This document shows, one piece after another, positions 53,801-64,000 of a stretch of 64,000 bases of DNA. The position numbers and the translations under genes are program-made. Source of the DNA: Carpediemonas membranifera BICM (taxonomy: Eukaryota; Protista; Fornicata); the NCBI GenBank assembly GCA_019828565.1, contig JAHDYR010000062.1, forward strand, positions 607,666-671,665. Reading direction: 5' to 3'. The first letter of the stretch is position 1, and every line of letters begins with the position of its first letter. Under the pieces are notes generated by a model that was not told where the DNA came from, did not search any database, and worked only from the letters and a program-made list of their open reading frames with translations.

Positions 53801-54817
53801 CTTGCCGTGGCAGAGCTTGGGGTCAATGGTTGCGCAGTCAGCGCCCGAGTCGAACAGGACGGACACGACTTGCTTAAGAATGCTAGCCTTGACGGAGGGG
53901 AGGACACTCTGACGGGAACCGAGAGAAAACACACAACGAGCTGAATTTACCTCAGAACGGCAGAATTCAGCTCGGTGGCCCGGCTTCTGGCACTTGGAAC
54001 AGGTTGTCTTCGGAGCAGGGCATCGGCGAGCGGAGTGACCGACCTTACCGCAGTTGAAGCACACGAATGGCTTCTTCTCGTGCTTGGGCTTGTCGATCGG
54101 CTTGCCTTTTGAGGGGGCTACGTTCGTGCGGTCAGGCTCGCGTCGATGAGGGTTCTTCGGACCGCTCCCCGTGTGCCGTGTATGGGAGGGCGTGGTGTTG
54201 GTACGCTGTGAGTCGGAGACCCCCGCAGCGCCGAAGGAAGCGATCATCTCCTTGGACTCCTTGAGGTCGCGTGACATGACGAGGACATCAGCCATTGCGT
54301 CCTTGAGATCCTTGCGCTCCGTTGATTCTCTGACTCGATACATGATGCGACTGTTGTTGGGGAACTTGAAGCAGCGGCTGTACGTCTCCTTCAAGACGTC
54401 CTCGGGATCTTCGGGTTGAACGAGCTTCAAGAGCAGATTGAATCGGCGGTTCACTCGAGCAACCTCATCAGGCTCGAAGGACTTGGCGGGGACTCGGAAG
54501 AGCTGTAGACGCATGCTCGGGCGAGAAGGTCGAAGGGCAGCACCGAGGCGCTTGAGGACTCGTTCATCTTGGGCTGCGACACGACGTTTCTTACGGAGCT
54601 TCGCGGAGAGCAGGAGAGGAGTGTCTTCAACCTCTTCGTCGTCGTTAAGGCCTGCTAGCTCTGCTATGCTAGGCTCGATGAGGTCAATAACATCATCGCG
54701 GCCGCCTAAGGCGCGATGATCGTGGAGGTTATCCGCAAAGTCCAAAAGAGCGTCCATGGAGGACTTCTTCAGGAGAGGCGGATTCTTCTTCAGGCTTCTG
54801 TAAGTTTCCGTACCCAT
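50881..54817 (-). CDS. Family C gag-pol (one frameshift near 52590)
   Basis: Two CCHC knuckles (CFNCGKVGHSARRC, CSKCQKPGHRAEFC), FDSGA, YIDD, TDAS, ADGLSR, integrase, chromodomain WHVERI..YLVHWVGF. Confidence 0.92.
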
Positions 54818-55619
54818 ATGTTTTGGTAGTACTAGTACTGTGGTTCAATGGGTGTTGAACTTTTACTGAGGAGAAGACTCGACACAAGGGTGTCGAGGAG
54901 AAACTCCTTGACTATTAAATATAACGTAAATCTGTGTAACTTTGGGTAGGACCCACAACACCCATTGATTATTCAGGCACTAGGAGGCTGGAAGTCGATC
55001 GATTCGGTGAATAGATACTGTGAAGAGGCCATTCGAATCTCACAGCATGCTCTGCAGAGAAGAACATAGAATATAGGACATAAGAGAGCATTGTAGCGAT
55101 AAAGGGAGATGAAACGGAACGAGGGGAGAAGAAACAGGCAAGAGTTAGAGAAATGGATGTTTCTCGGATTCGGAACAGGAATTACATATGCCACGTATAA
55201 CCGGCACAGAAGGTCATAAGTGCAGTAGAGGAAGGCTCAGGGGTACCATCGCAAGGTTAGATGGCGGGATGCATCAATTTGGAATAGTCGATTATCGTCG
55301 ACCAAATGGTCGGCATATCATCGATATGTAAGCTATCACGCCTCGGGCGTGGCTCACGCCCTGACACTGCTGGGTCAGGGTGTGTCAGAACAGGATTCCG
55401 GGGACACGAGAAAGATGGCCAAAATATTTAGAAAATCTCGAAAGATATGATTGTGGATACGGTCTTGATCCGTCCCGATCGCGAGCAGATCGTATCCCTC
55501 CAGCAGAAACCGTGAGGATGGCCGAAGGCGACACGGATGACGGGCCAAGGCCGCCAAACGGAATATAAATTTGATCTAATCAATTTGGAATAGTCGATTA
55601 TCGTCGACCAAATGGTCGT

Positions 55620-57700
55620 TACGTGGGACGGTGGGGGAGAATCCGAGCGCCCTGGCGCGAGAATTCGGAACTACTCTCGGCGTCAGGTGACGCGTGTGTG
55701 GCGGGCTTGGGCGCGGGCAGTGTGTGGCTGGGTGGTGCAGTGTGAAACCCGATCGGAGTTGGAGCCAGTGTCGGTTATGAGCGTGGGAAGGGAATCGAGG
55801 CCCAGACTGCAACGTTGCCGTTCCAGTGGGCGAGGGCGACATCGCGGCGGAGGGTGGCGGTCGCGCCTTCGGCCGCAGATGCCGGCGAGCGATGCGATCC
55901 AGCAGGGGCGCTCCTTCTTCGCGCCGCTGGTCTTCGTAACGGCCGTCTCGCCGTAGATTGACGAGATGGCTGGGAGGACCGTCACGCGGTAGTCACGGTA
56001 ATGGCGTGTCTTGTCCGAGTACGCACTCGACCGGTAGTTGGTGACGCGCAGGTCGACGACGGTGGGCATGGCGTTTGGCGGGGTGATGAGCAGGTCGGCA
56101 GGGATATCGGCGTTCGGGTTGATGCGTCGACAAGCTCGACAGCCGGGAAGAGGTTTTGCTCTTTGTGGACGGGGACGCGGCGGAGGAGGGTGAGAGTGGC
56201 ATCGCGCATGTCGTCGTGGCGGCGCTTGCGGAGACGGGAGGTTCTGGCAGCCGAGCAGATGCTCAGTATCAGGGTGGGGCTTGCTACACATGGGGCATTG
56301 GGGCAGGTCGCCGGTGTTGAAGGCAGGCAGGCCGACCTGGCGCTTGGCAAGGGCCTGGAAGGTGGCACCAGGTGGGAGCTCCGCATCGGCATGGAGGGGG
56401 TAGGGGATCGTGAAGATGAGGGGGTGAAGGTCGGGGAGTGGCTGCTCCCCCAGCTGAGCCGCGGCTTGCTGCCGCAGAAGTTTGGTTAAGTAAGGTAAGG
56501 TAAGGTAAGGTAAGGTAAGGGTTGGGCTTGTCCTTGACCTCTTTGACTGATTTGGGCCAGTCCTTGCACTGGACAGCGAAGGCGGAGGGATCTCATTGGC
56601 AGTTTGATCAGCAATGGCTGCCGAGGTTGGCGGAGTGCCATACTGCGCTTGGGAGTGCGAGACCGAGGCCGGCGCGCCACATGACGTGCGCTCTAGCCTC
56701 GTGATGATGCGGGACAGGGTGGGATGTGATCGCGCTACCTTAAAGCGTCGGCTAGGCGCGTGGGATGGCGGCACAGCTCGCAGTAAGTGGTTCAGCATGG
56801 GCAGAATGCACGTGCGGAGGCCGTACTGCGCGGCGTTGGGGCCTTCAGTCCAGTCGTCCAGCAGTGGGCGGCAAGGCGACTGCTGACCTTGCTGGCTAGG
56901 ACCTCCCACTTGGCCTGGATGAAGCTGTCTGCACCCAGGGGGATCTTGAGCGTCTTCGTTGGGCCGGACCAGATGGTTTTGGCGCTGTTCAGTGTCATTC
57001 CAGCTACCCGCTGCTGCGACCGCAGTGGCAACAGTGGGCTCCAGAGTGCTAGGTAAATTGCCAATTGCGATAGGTCGTCTATAAGGTAAGGCGAGGTAGG
57101 CGAGCCAGGTGATGAACTTACGGCGTAGTTGGACCAGGATCGGCATCAAGGCCAGTGAAAAGGCGAGGGAGACGGGATAGCCTTGCTAGATGCCTTCGTC
57201 GGATGAGAAGGTGCTAAGGTAGTGGTGGCATGGAGTTTCCCGCTCTGTGGAGATAGCGACGACGGGGGCTCTCTTCGACGAACGAAGCGGCGGCGGTTTG
57301 TCCTTCGGAGGGCGCGCATTTTGGCGATCCTCGGCGCCGAGGCCGTATTGGTCAACGAAGATCTTGTCCTTGACCAGGCGGTCGCGGACGCCCTTCTTGA
57401 TGCGGCCGGCGATGCGGCGGAGGGACTCGCCGATGGCGATGGGGCGGACTTCTCACGCACGGGGACGAGTTATGGCGTGGGCGGTAAGGTCGATTGCTAA
57501 GGGCGGGTGTCGATTGCTCGCCGTTGACGATATCTTGGATTTGGGGCAGGAGGGCGGGTGAGTTGTTGTTTCTGGCTCAGGCCTTCAAGTGGAGGAAGGA
57601 TAAGGTACCTTACCGGACGGGATTGCTGGATTGCGCGCTTGATATGTCGCTGTTGGCACTTCGATGTGAGGGGGGTTCTGGCCTATATCAAGGGGGCGAA
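55620..57700 (-). mobile_element. Decayed RLE-type (CRE-like) non-LTR retrotransposon; boundaries approximate
   Basis: Fragments VRPIAIGESLRRIAG..DQYGLG (RT), CPMCSKPHPDTEHLLGC, RRHDDMRD and PADLLI..VVDLRVT (restriction-like endonuclease); many frameshifts. Confidence 0.75.
56487..56520 (+). repeat. (TAAGG)6 tract
   Basis: taag followed by six perfect taagg units. Confidence 0.95.
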
Positions 57701-58098
57701 CAGTGGTAAGAGGGATGTGAACTTACTGTTGATCTCGTCGTTCGTCAGTGTGGTCTCAGTTGCGGTGAGACACTGCAGCTTTGCGTAGAAACCTTTCTGG
57801 CATTACAAGTGCTCTCTTGGCTGCGTTGACGCGTTGGGGTGGCGGAGGGCGTACCATGGCGTAGGTAGTGATTGCTGGGTCGGTTCGCAGAGTCACAGAG
57901 ATGGTTGATCAGTGGCGCATAATGTAAGGTCTCTTCCAGTCCAGTCCGGACGCGTAATTGCGAAGAACGTACGTTGGTAAGGTGGTTCTGCAAGTGTAAA
58001 TGAAAGACTGGTAAGGGGGTTACCTTTCAGTGCACAGCACGGAGCCACAGAGCCACTGGATCGGAATCAAGGCACTCCATTGATCCCTCAGTCAGCCA

Positions 58099-58142
58099 TA
58101 AGGTAAGGTAAGGTAACCTTACCTTACCTTACCTTACCTTAC
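58099..58142. repeat. Head-to-head (TAAGG)3-TAA-(CCTTA)5 inverted microsatellite
   Basis: Read directly from the sequence. Confidence 0.95.
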
Positions 58143-59013
58143 AGAGAGGTTTGTGACATTGTGCCGTGTTGACGTTCGAGTTCCAGGCCTCGTTCGTCAT
58201 GGCTTACATAGGATACATTGGATACTTCGACCAGAACACGTTGTTTTCACTCTGGCCGAGGTACTGCACTCATTGTGGGCCACATTCATAGTCGCAGGAA
58301 GAGGATGCTATGCTAGATTTTCTGCACACGCAACATCGATACCCTTAGAGTTCCAGGGGGCTTGTTATGCACCAAGTAGGGCATCACCGTAGCAGTAGAC
58401 AGCCACTACGCTTCGACGCATTCAAGCGCAGTCGACCATCAATCCCCGACCCGATGGTGCCAACATCCCCGCCTTCGACAGGACTATTAAAGCAATTAAG
58501 ACCATCCCAGGGGCCAAGGTCCGTGCAGCCATCTTAGTAGTCCCTCCTCGTCAGTTAACTGTCAGATAGATTATACTTAACTGGATCATCAAGCCCAGCA
58601 AATCCCTGATCTGGGGGGACCTCTAACTGGTAATTTAATCACTTGGTATGTTACAGACGGTTGACCGAGACCAACCAACAACTCCTCCAGGAGGACCTCG
58701 CACAGGAGAGGCCGCTCCCCCAGTACAGGGCCCTCCAGGGATGAGAATGTAGTAGTGGAGTGTCTTGTCCGGATCAGTCTCCGGTGGTTCGCCCCTGGTG
58801 GGGCTGTCGCAGATCCATGTCATTAGAGCTACTGCTAGGGCCTGTCTGGCCTCGTTGAGCGTGGAAAGTACTGACTGGCTGGATAAATGAGGTCCGACGC
58901 GATGAATAGCGCGGATAGTCTCTCCAAGCTACATCCGTCGGACGTTAGACATACATGAGATTTTCTATACCGCCTTATGTCATGAAGACAAGTGAATGAA
59001 CATCTGTTGTGAT

Positions 59014-60545
59014 TTAATGGGAAAAGAGAGCGTCCAGCATAGCAAGCTGAAGGGCGCGAGTCTCCTTGATAGCCGCATCGTCGCTGCTCCTAGGGGCGTA
59101 CATCGACGCACAGTGGGCGTGGCCCTGGGTCTGGTGAACGACACAGTTCTGGCAGTACTTGAGCGGCTCAAGGACGCCGAGGTTGTGCCAGGGGTCCTCC
59201 GAGTTTGTCAGGAAGGCGATGTTGGAGGAGACAATGATACGGGCGCCGTAGTGGATATTCGTCTCGGCAATGCGCGCGGCAAGGTTGGTTACGTCAATAC
59301 CAAAGGCGTCCTTGCAGAGCTGGTGGTAGTAGGTCAGCGTGATGGAGCCAGAAGGCAGCAGCTGCGAGGAGAGAGCAGAGGACGGCTGGAAGTACCCGAA
59401 TGCGTCGTTGCAAGTCTGCCAGGTCCAGCTCTGGCCCGCGTCACCGGGAGTGTGAGTCTTGAGCTCGGCGACGTCGTCAGCGTACGAGGCGTCGACAGGG
59501 CCCATGAACTCGTTGAGCTCGGCAAAGAGGGTGTGAAGCTGAGTAGTACCCTTGGCAGCAGCGGCCTCGAGCTGGGCGCACATGTCGATCACGGTGAGCC
59601 CAGTGGCCCAGTCCTTGTCGTACTGGACAGTGTTGGCAACGACGCCAGTCATGGCGCTCATGAAGCTGCTGTAGTCGAGGGCGGACATCTGGGCCCAGCC
59701 CATCTTGGGGGAGAGGTTCTCGGGCAGAGTGCAGGATTGGCCCTTGGTCGAGTAGCACTTGGCGGCCTCGTCAAAGATCGACTTGACGACAGCGGAGCAG
59801 GTGGGGCCGAGGGTGGCCTGGGTGGTCATGAAGTACTGCGTGAAGTTGTCCAGGGCAAGCACGGGGGCGGACTCGGAGAGGGCGGCCTTGAAGATGTGGG
59901 GATACTTCATGCGGAGCCAGGCAGAGAGATTGCCGGAGTAGGAACCACCGACAGAAACCCACTCAGAGCCGGCGAACTTAGGGAACTTGCGGGGGAACTC
60001 AGATGCGAAGACTGCGAAGTCTTCGAGGGCCTGGGCGGAAGAAAGGAGGGCGAGCTTGTCAGTGGTGATGCGGGTAAAGGGCTGGGACTCACCATAGAAG
60101 CGGTGTTCGACGGAAACGACGGCACCGTTGTATCTCTCGGCGATGTTGTTGATCCAGAAGAAGCCGGCCACCTCTAGGGCGGAGGCAGGACCCTCACCGC
60201 CGCAGAGGAGGAAGATGGGACCGCCGGGCTGGTACATGGTGTCGTTGACCCAGAAGCGCTGTTTGAACGTGGCGCGGGCGCTGCGGTCGACGAAATGGTC
60301 GACGTACTGTGTGAGGAAGACGATGGCATGCTGAGTTCTGAGAATTCGAAGAAAGAGTATCAGACAAAGGCATAAGAGCTACAAACCTGGTCAAAGTACT
60401 GAACAGGGGCGGCGGCATCGAAGAACATGCCATCCTCCTGCTGCTTCTTGATCATCTCGTTGTGGGCAGAAAGGTGACTGGGACGTGCGCCGAAAACGAC
60501 TGCAAGCATGCATTGAAGAACTAAAAGAGTAACGAGAAGCTTCAT
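59014..60545 (-). CDS. Secreted/lysosomal serine peptidase, family S28 (exons 60387-60545 and 59014-60306)
   Basis: Signal peptide MKLLVTLLVL. An 80-nt phase-0 GT..CAG intron (60307-60386) gives YFDQ|YVDHF..TFKQRFWVND. Motifs GGEG, EHRFYGES, QALEDFA, GGSYSG, WTWQTC, DPW, HCASM. Confidence 0.93.
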
Positions 60546-60973
60546 AATGCCCTGGTTGATTTGAGCGGCAAGCTAGGTCTCGTCGATTTGTGCAGCTTTC
60601 TTTTTGGATCGTCTCATCAAGATGACTAATCATACCTCTTCGACAAGTGAGCGATTCTGCAGTGTGATAGCTCATGTGCAGTCTCCCGGGATAGCCCGTG
60701 AGGACTGGCCTCTTCAGGTGGAGTTGACCCCATATGTCAGTGCCACCTGAGTGGGATGGCAGATGTCTGCTGTTGCAACTACATTTGCTCGGGCGGGCTC
60801 CCGTGATGATATATTGTCGATATGACATGTCAACCCTCTCCAGGAAGGTTTGTGACACGGGTGTATCATTTCCTCAGTGAACGGGCGGCTCTCAACAAGC
60901 CTTGCTGGCCTTAATAGGACTCGTCCTGCTCGAGTACTGGTGATTGACGCCAAGCATCTCCAATGGCAATCAA

Positions 60974-63900
60974 ATGATGCGCATAATGGACGACGGTTCA
61001 GCACGCCGCACACAGCCGTTTGTGGAGCTTGAACCTGCGCTCGTCCGATTATTGTCGTCAGATTGCAAGGTCCGCATCAGTGCATGGCGTGAGACCTTCT
61101 GCAAGCACCGTCCTCAGGACTTCATCCCTCAGGACACGATGGCACTGTACATGAAGGCGCTTCCCCTCACTATCGAGATGCTGACGAAGCAGTTCCTCCA
61201 CGAGGGTGTCCTGTTCGCCTCCACGAGGTTCTACCGCTCGGTTTGCCAGGGCCATACCCACTTTACCCGCAAGCTCTCCTCCCCCCAGCTCCCCAGGGCG
61301 GTCCGGGCAGAGACTGAGGAGTATCTGACCCGCCTATCTCTCTTTATGCAGCGTCTCATCGACACGCTGAGCTACCTCCTCTCAGACGCCATAACGGCTA
61401 TTGAGGACAATATCGCTCAGGGAATAGACCCTAATCCGGCCTCCAGCATCTACCAAGCCGCTGTAGGGTCGTGCCAGCTGATCCAACACTTCTCTGAGGC
61501 AGTGCACGCCATGTCCCACTTCCCGACGTATCTGTTCCTCCGCCAGAACGCCAAGACCACCGTCCGAACGGCATTGGCCGGCATCCCGAGCCTCTCAGCT
61601 GACCCTGTCGGTGTCCATTCCCGTGGCCGCGAGAAGACGGAGCGGCTGGTGTCTGCACTCGGATTCCACGTCAGGTCGACCTGCCCGAGCGTCAGACAGC
61701 TCGCCGACAACCCTGTGATGCTGGCAGCTCCGCCGGACCATCCGATGAGGGCATCCGACGACATTTACCAGGGCACTGCCCGGTTCCCAGTGCAGATTAG
61801 GGCGCTACACTTCGTACCGGTGCTGACATCGCTGCTGCACGCTCAGCGACTCCCTGACAAGAGACTGGCGGCAGCGATCATGGCAGCAACCCTGTCACTG
61901 CCCCCCAAGTGCACGCCAGGCGTCATCCCATCTGACACACTCAAGACGGTCGTAGCCGATATCACTGGAATTGATAGCGCATTACCAAGGATTGCTGGGA
62001 CCGCTGCAGCTCAGCTGACCGCTCTCCTGCTGACAATCAGCGCCGGGTACGTGTTAGACCCTATTGCGGTCCTCGGATCGCTCGCTGATTCACTCAATCT
62101 CACAGTAGATCTCGACGATACGGACCCGACCACCCCACAACCGCTCATCAACGCCCTTCACAGTGCACTGGTGACATCCGTGGTCAAGGGCGTCGGGGTC
62201 CTCGTCGACGATCCCACCTCAGGCCCCATCTATGGCCGCGTGCTGACGCTGCTCCACCTCATCGACGTCTACGGCATGACAGGACCGTCCCGGCCCCTTC
62301 TGTCCGAGCTCTTCGCAGCCCGCTGCCGCCAGCTGTTCGACACGGCCCGGTCGATGCCGTCGACCTATGTGTATGCCCCTACGTCCATTGAGTCCCAGTC
62401 GGAGCTGCTGGAGACGGGTCTAGCCACCCATGGCGACAGAGACGGCGATGACTTGGACCATAGCCAGTTCCTCGGGCTTTGGGCATCGGTACGGGCCGCA
62501 TACATGGCCGTGGTCTCGGCGCAGTGGTCACAATACGCCGGGATGTCACCAGCAGACCTCATGGAGTGTATCCCACCCTTACTAGAGGCCTGCCGGGACT
62601 CATTCCACCCCGCCCTCGTCGACACGCTCGCTAGGGCGGCGGGTGACTTCGTGTTCGGCGTTCTGGCACATGCAGGTATCGAGGAGACGGCCGTCCACGA
62701 GGAGCGGCAGATGAAACGGAAGAGAGTGAATAAGACCCTCACTGACGCCCACCTCAATGCCTTCAGGACCCCCAGCAGCCGTGACGTCCGCCTCCATGGC
62801 CAGACAGGGTCGGATGCGGGGACCGCACCCCGGCTACACTCTGAGACAAGGACATTGAGCCGGGCCAGCAGCACGGCGTCGATGATAGAGGCCGTCAAGC
62901 CCATCCTGGCGTCCCGTAAGGCTGTGAGGGACCTCGTCCACACAGCCCTGCTCGCTGTCATCGGCGGGGCCACGTACAGCGGCAAGAGGGGCGGGGGAAT
63001 CCCCATAGCAATGGCCCAGATCATATCGGCCGAATTCAGGGCGGTGAGTGCCGGGTTTGGCAAGGCGGTGCCGGTGTCATGGGGGCAGCTGTCTCTCAGG
63101 GACCAGTCGCAGTACTGCGCGGACACGTATCCGATCACATTCTCACTGTGGCGTTGGCTGGAGCACTTTATGCCCGCTGATGTCCGCTCGACCCCGCTGC
63201 CCCAGCCGGTGAAGTGGGACACGGACATGGCCCCGCCTCAGGGCATCGACTGCAACGCCGCGACAGTCACTCTGCTGAATATGGCGGAGACAGCGCTGCA
63301 GAACGCTGATCTGAGGGTGATGCTCACTCCCTTCCACGAGCGGCTTCTGCTGCTGGCCCTGCAGACGTCTGGACATCCGTCCTTCATCCTCAGAAACGCT
63401 GCATGCTCGGCGTTGAAGTGGATATCGCCCCAGATCCTGTATCCCGGCATCACATTCCCTGCCATGGAGAAGCGCTGGCCGTGGTTTACCAAGGAGGCCC
63501 TGACCGCGCTGAGGACGTGCCCGGTTGGGTTCACGCCCGTCGCTGCGCTGCTTCTGCTGGGGACGCTCAGCCGGCACACCTCAGCGCCGACGGACTCGCA
63601 CGTGCCGACGGACATGACCATTGACCTCCTGGCCCACCCCCGCATTCATATCAGATCCCTGACCGCGAAGGCCCTCCCAGCCCTGCTGACAACCTCCCAA
63701 TGGGCCGTCCTACTGCAGCAGATGGCCCGGTCGCTGAGGGTGGCATGCCCCCGCAACGCCCTGCATGGGAGCATCCTCACTGGCATCAGTGCACTGGGCG
63801 AGACCAAGGTCATCGAGGCCGCGCTGCCCAGACTCTACCCGATGCTGCCCGGCATCATCGCACTCGGCATCGACTCGGCCTGCCCAGTGGTCACCCCTGC

Positions 63901-64000
63901 AGCACTGACCCTCGCCCTGAAGGCGTTGGTCAAGGGAAAACCCACACCTGAGACTGTGAACGCCGTTGTCAAGGTTGTGGTCGAGCGGCTCTCCAAGCAC
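60974..64000 (+). CDS. THADA/Trm732-like HEAT-repeat protein (open to the right edge; start uncertain; absent from the ORF track)
   Basis: Frame open from 60944 onward. WASVRAA, KRGGGIP (cf. RRSAGIP), FILRNAA (cf. WAVRNS), HPRIHIRSLTAKAL and NALHGSIL (cf. NxxHGxLL) occur in THADA order. Confidence 0.6.
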   Translation, partial: MMRIMDDGSARRTQPFVELEPALVRLLSSDCKVRISAWRETFCKHRPQDFIPQDTMALYMKALPLTIEMLTKQFLHEGVLFASTRFYRSVCQGHTHFTRKLSSPQLPRAVRAETEEYLTRLSLFMQRLIDTLSYLLSDAITAIEDNIAQGIDPNPASSIYQAAVGSCQLIQHFSEAVHAMSHFPTYLFLRQNAKTTVRTALAGIPSLSADPVGVHSRGREKTERLVSALGFHVRSTCPSVRQLADNPVMLAAPPDHPMRASDDIYQGTARFPVQIRALHFVPVLTSLLHAQRLPDKRLAAAIMAATLSLPPKCTPGVIPSDTLKTVVADITGIDSALPRIAGTAAAQLTALLLTISAGYVLDPIAVLGSLADSLNLTVDLDDTDPTTPQPLINALHSALVTSVVKGVGVLVDDPTSGPIYGRVLTLLHLIDVYGMTGPSRPLLSELFAARCRQLFDTARSMPSTYVYAPTSIESQSELLETGLATHGDRDGDDLDHSQFLGLWASVRAAYMAVVSAQWSQYAGMSPADLMECIPPLLEACRDSFHPALVDTLARAAGDFVFGVLAHAGIEETAVHEERQMKRKRVNKTLTDAHLNAFRTPSSRDVRLHGQTGSDAGTAPRLHSETRTLSRASSTASMIEAVKPILASRKAVRDLVHTALLAVIGGATYSGKRGGGIPIAMAQIISAEFRAVSAGFGKAVPVSWGQLSLRDQSQYCADTYPITFSLWRWLEHFMPADVRSTPLPQPVKWDTDMAPPQGIDCNAATVTLLNMAETALQNADLRVMLTPFHERLLLLALQTSGHPSFILRNAACSALKWISPQILYPGITFPAMEKRWPWFTKEALTALRTCPVGFTPVAALLLLGTLSRHTSAPTDSHVPTDMTIDLLAHPRIHIRSLTAKALPALLTTSQWAVLLQQMARSLRVACPRNALHGSILTGISALGETKVIEAALPRLYPMLPGIIALGIDSACPVVTPAALTLALKALVKGKPTPETVNAVVKVVVERLSKH

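Larger units (their letters stand above)
49016..54960 (-). mobile_element. Ty3/gypsy chromodomain LTR retrotransposon, family C (122-bp LTRs) with a 1.7-kb extra 3' region
   Basis: Identical LTRs 49016-49137 and 54839-54960; 4-bp TSD CCCA (49012-49015, 54961-54964); PPT GGAGGGGCAG on the minus strand at 49138-49147. Confidence 0.95.
41449..55069 (+). pseudogene. DIRS-3 tyrosine recombinase ORF split into three pieces (41449-44285, 48841-49015, 54965-55069)
   Basis: SRSGEI/RSKT..EGP | LWR..GHSFRRG | LIIQALGGWKSIDSVNRY, colinear with the DIRS-2 YR. Confidence 0.88.
40675..55618 (+). mobile_element. Tyrosine-recombinase retrotransposon DIRS-3, with two LTR elements nested in its recombinase gene
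   Basis: A1 40675-40900 = A2 55313-55538; B1 55273-55312 = B2 55579-55618; abuts DIRS-2 with no intervening base. Confidence 0.92.

Noticed and set aside
58150-58980. Possible decayed DIRS-like coding remnant (AAILVVPP)
   Set aside because: Similarity is too short and interrupted by stops to call by eye.
58996-60177. Long antisense ORFs (393 aa here; similar ones opposite SCC2, BRR2, SYF1 and THADA-like)
   Set aside because: Shadow frames expected from GC-rich codon usage of the real genes on the other strand.

Overview
Compact eukaryotic DNA, probably from a flagellated protist. It has short GT-AG introns (34 and 80 nt), a radial-spoke gene, intergenic gaps under 200 bp and a GTAAA(Y) motif just after stop codons; a metamonad/fornicate origin is inferred, not proven. 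Host genes: a Topo VI subunit B-like GHKL ATPase (cut by the left edge), SCC2/NIPBL with a PHD finger, TMEM33/Pom33, SYF1, an NTF2-RRM (G3BP-like) protein, BRR2, RSP3, tRNA-Asp(GTC), an S28 serine peptidase and a THADA/Trm732-like HEAT protein (cut by the right edge). About two-thirds of the window is retroelement DNA. (i) Three chromodomain Ty3/gypsy families with very short LTRs (50, 64 and 122 bp). Each has a perfect palindrome where a tRNA primer-binding site should be. One carries an antisense, probably spliced extra gene, and one copy has captured 110 bp of its sibling's flank. (ii) A ~33-kb island around the single tRNA-Asp gene. It holds three full-length tyrosine-recombinase (DIRS-order, split-direct-repeat) retrotransposons and three solo terminal modules, all co-oriented. 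They are inserted without target duplication into, or flush against, the hairpin-ended termini of relatives. The island also holds a 5'-truncated LINE and a decayed CRE-like element with (TAAGG)n tracts. The self-targeting DIRS array and the palindrome-instead-of-PBS micro-LTR elements are the best candidates for undescribed biology. Many frameshifts inside the elements sit in homopolymers and may be assembly errors.
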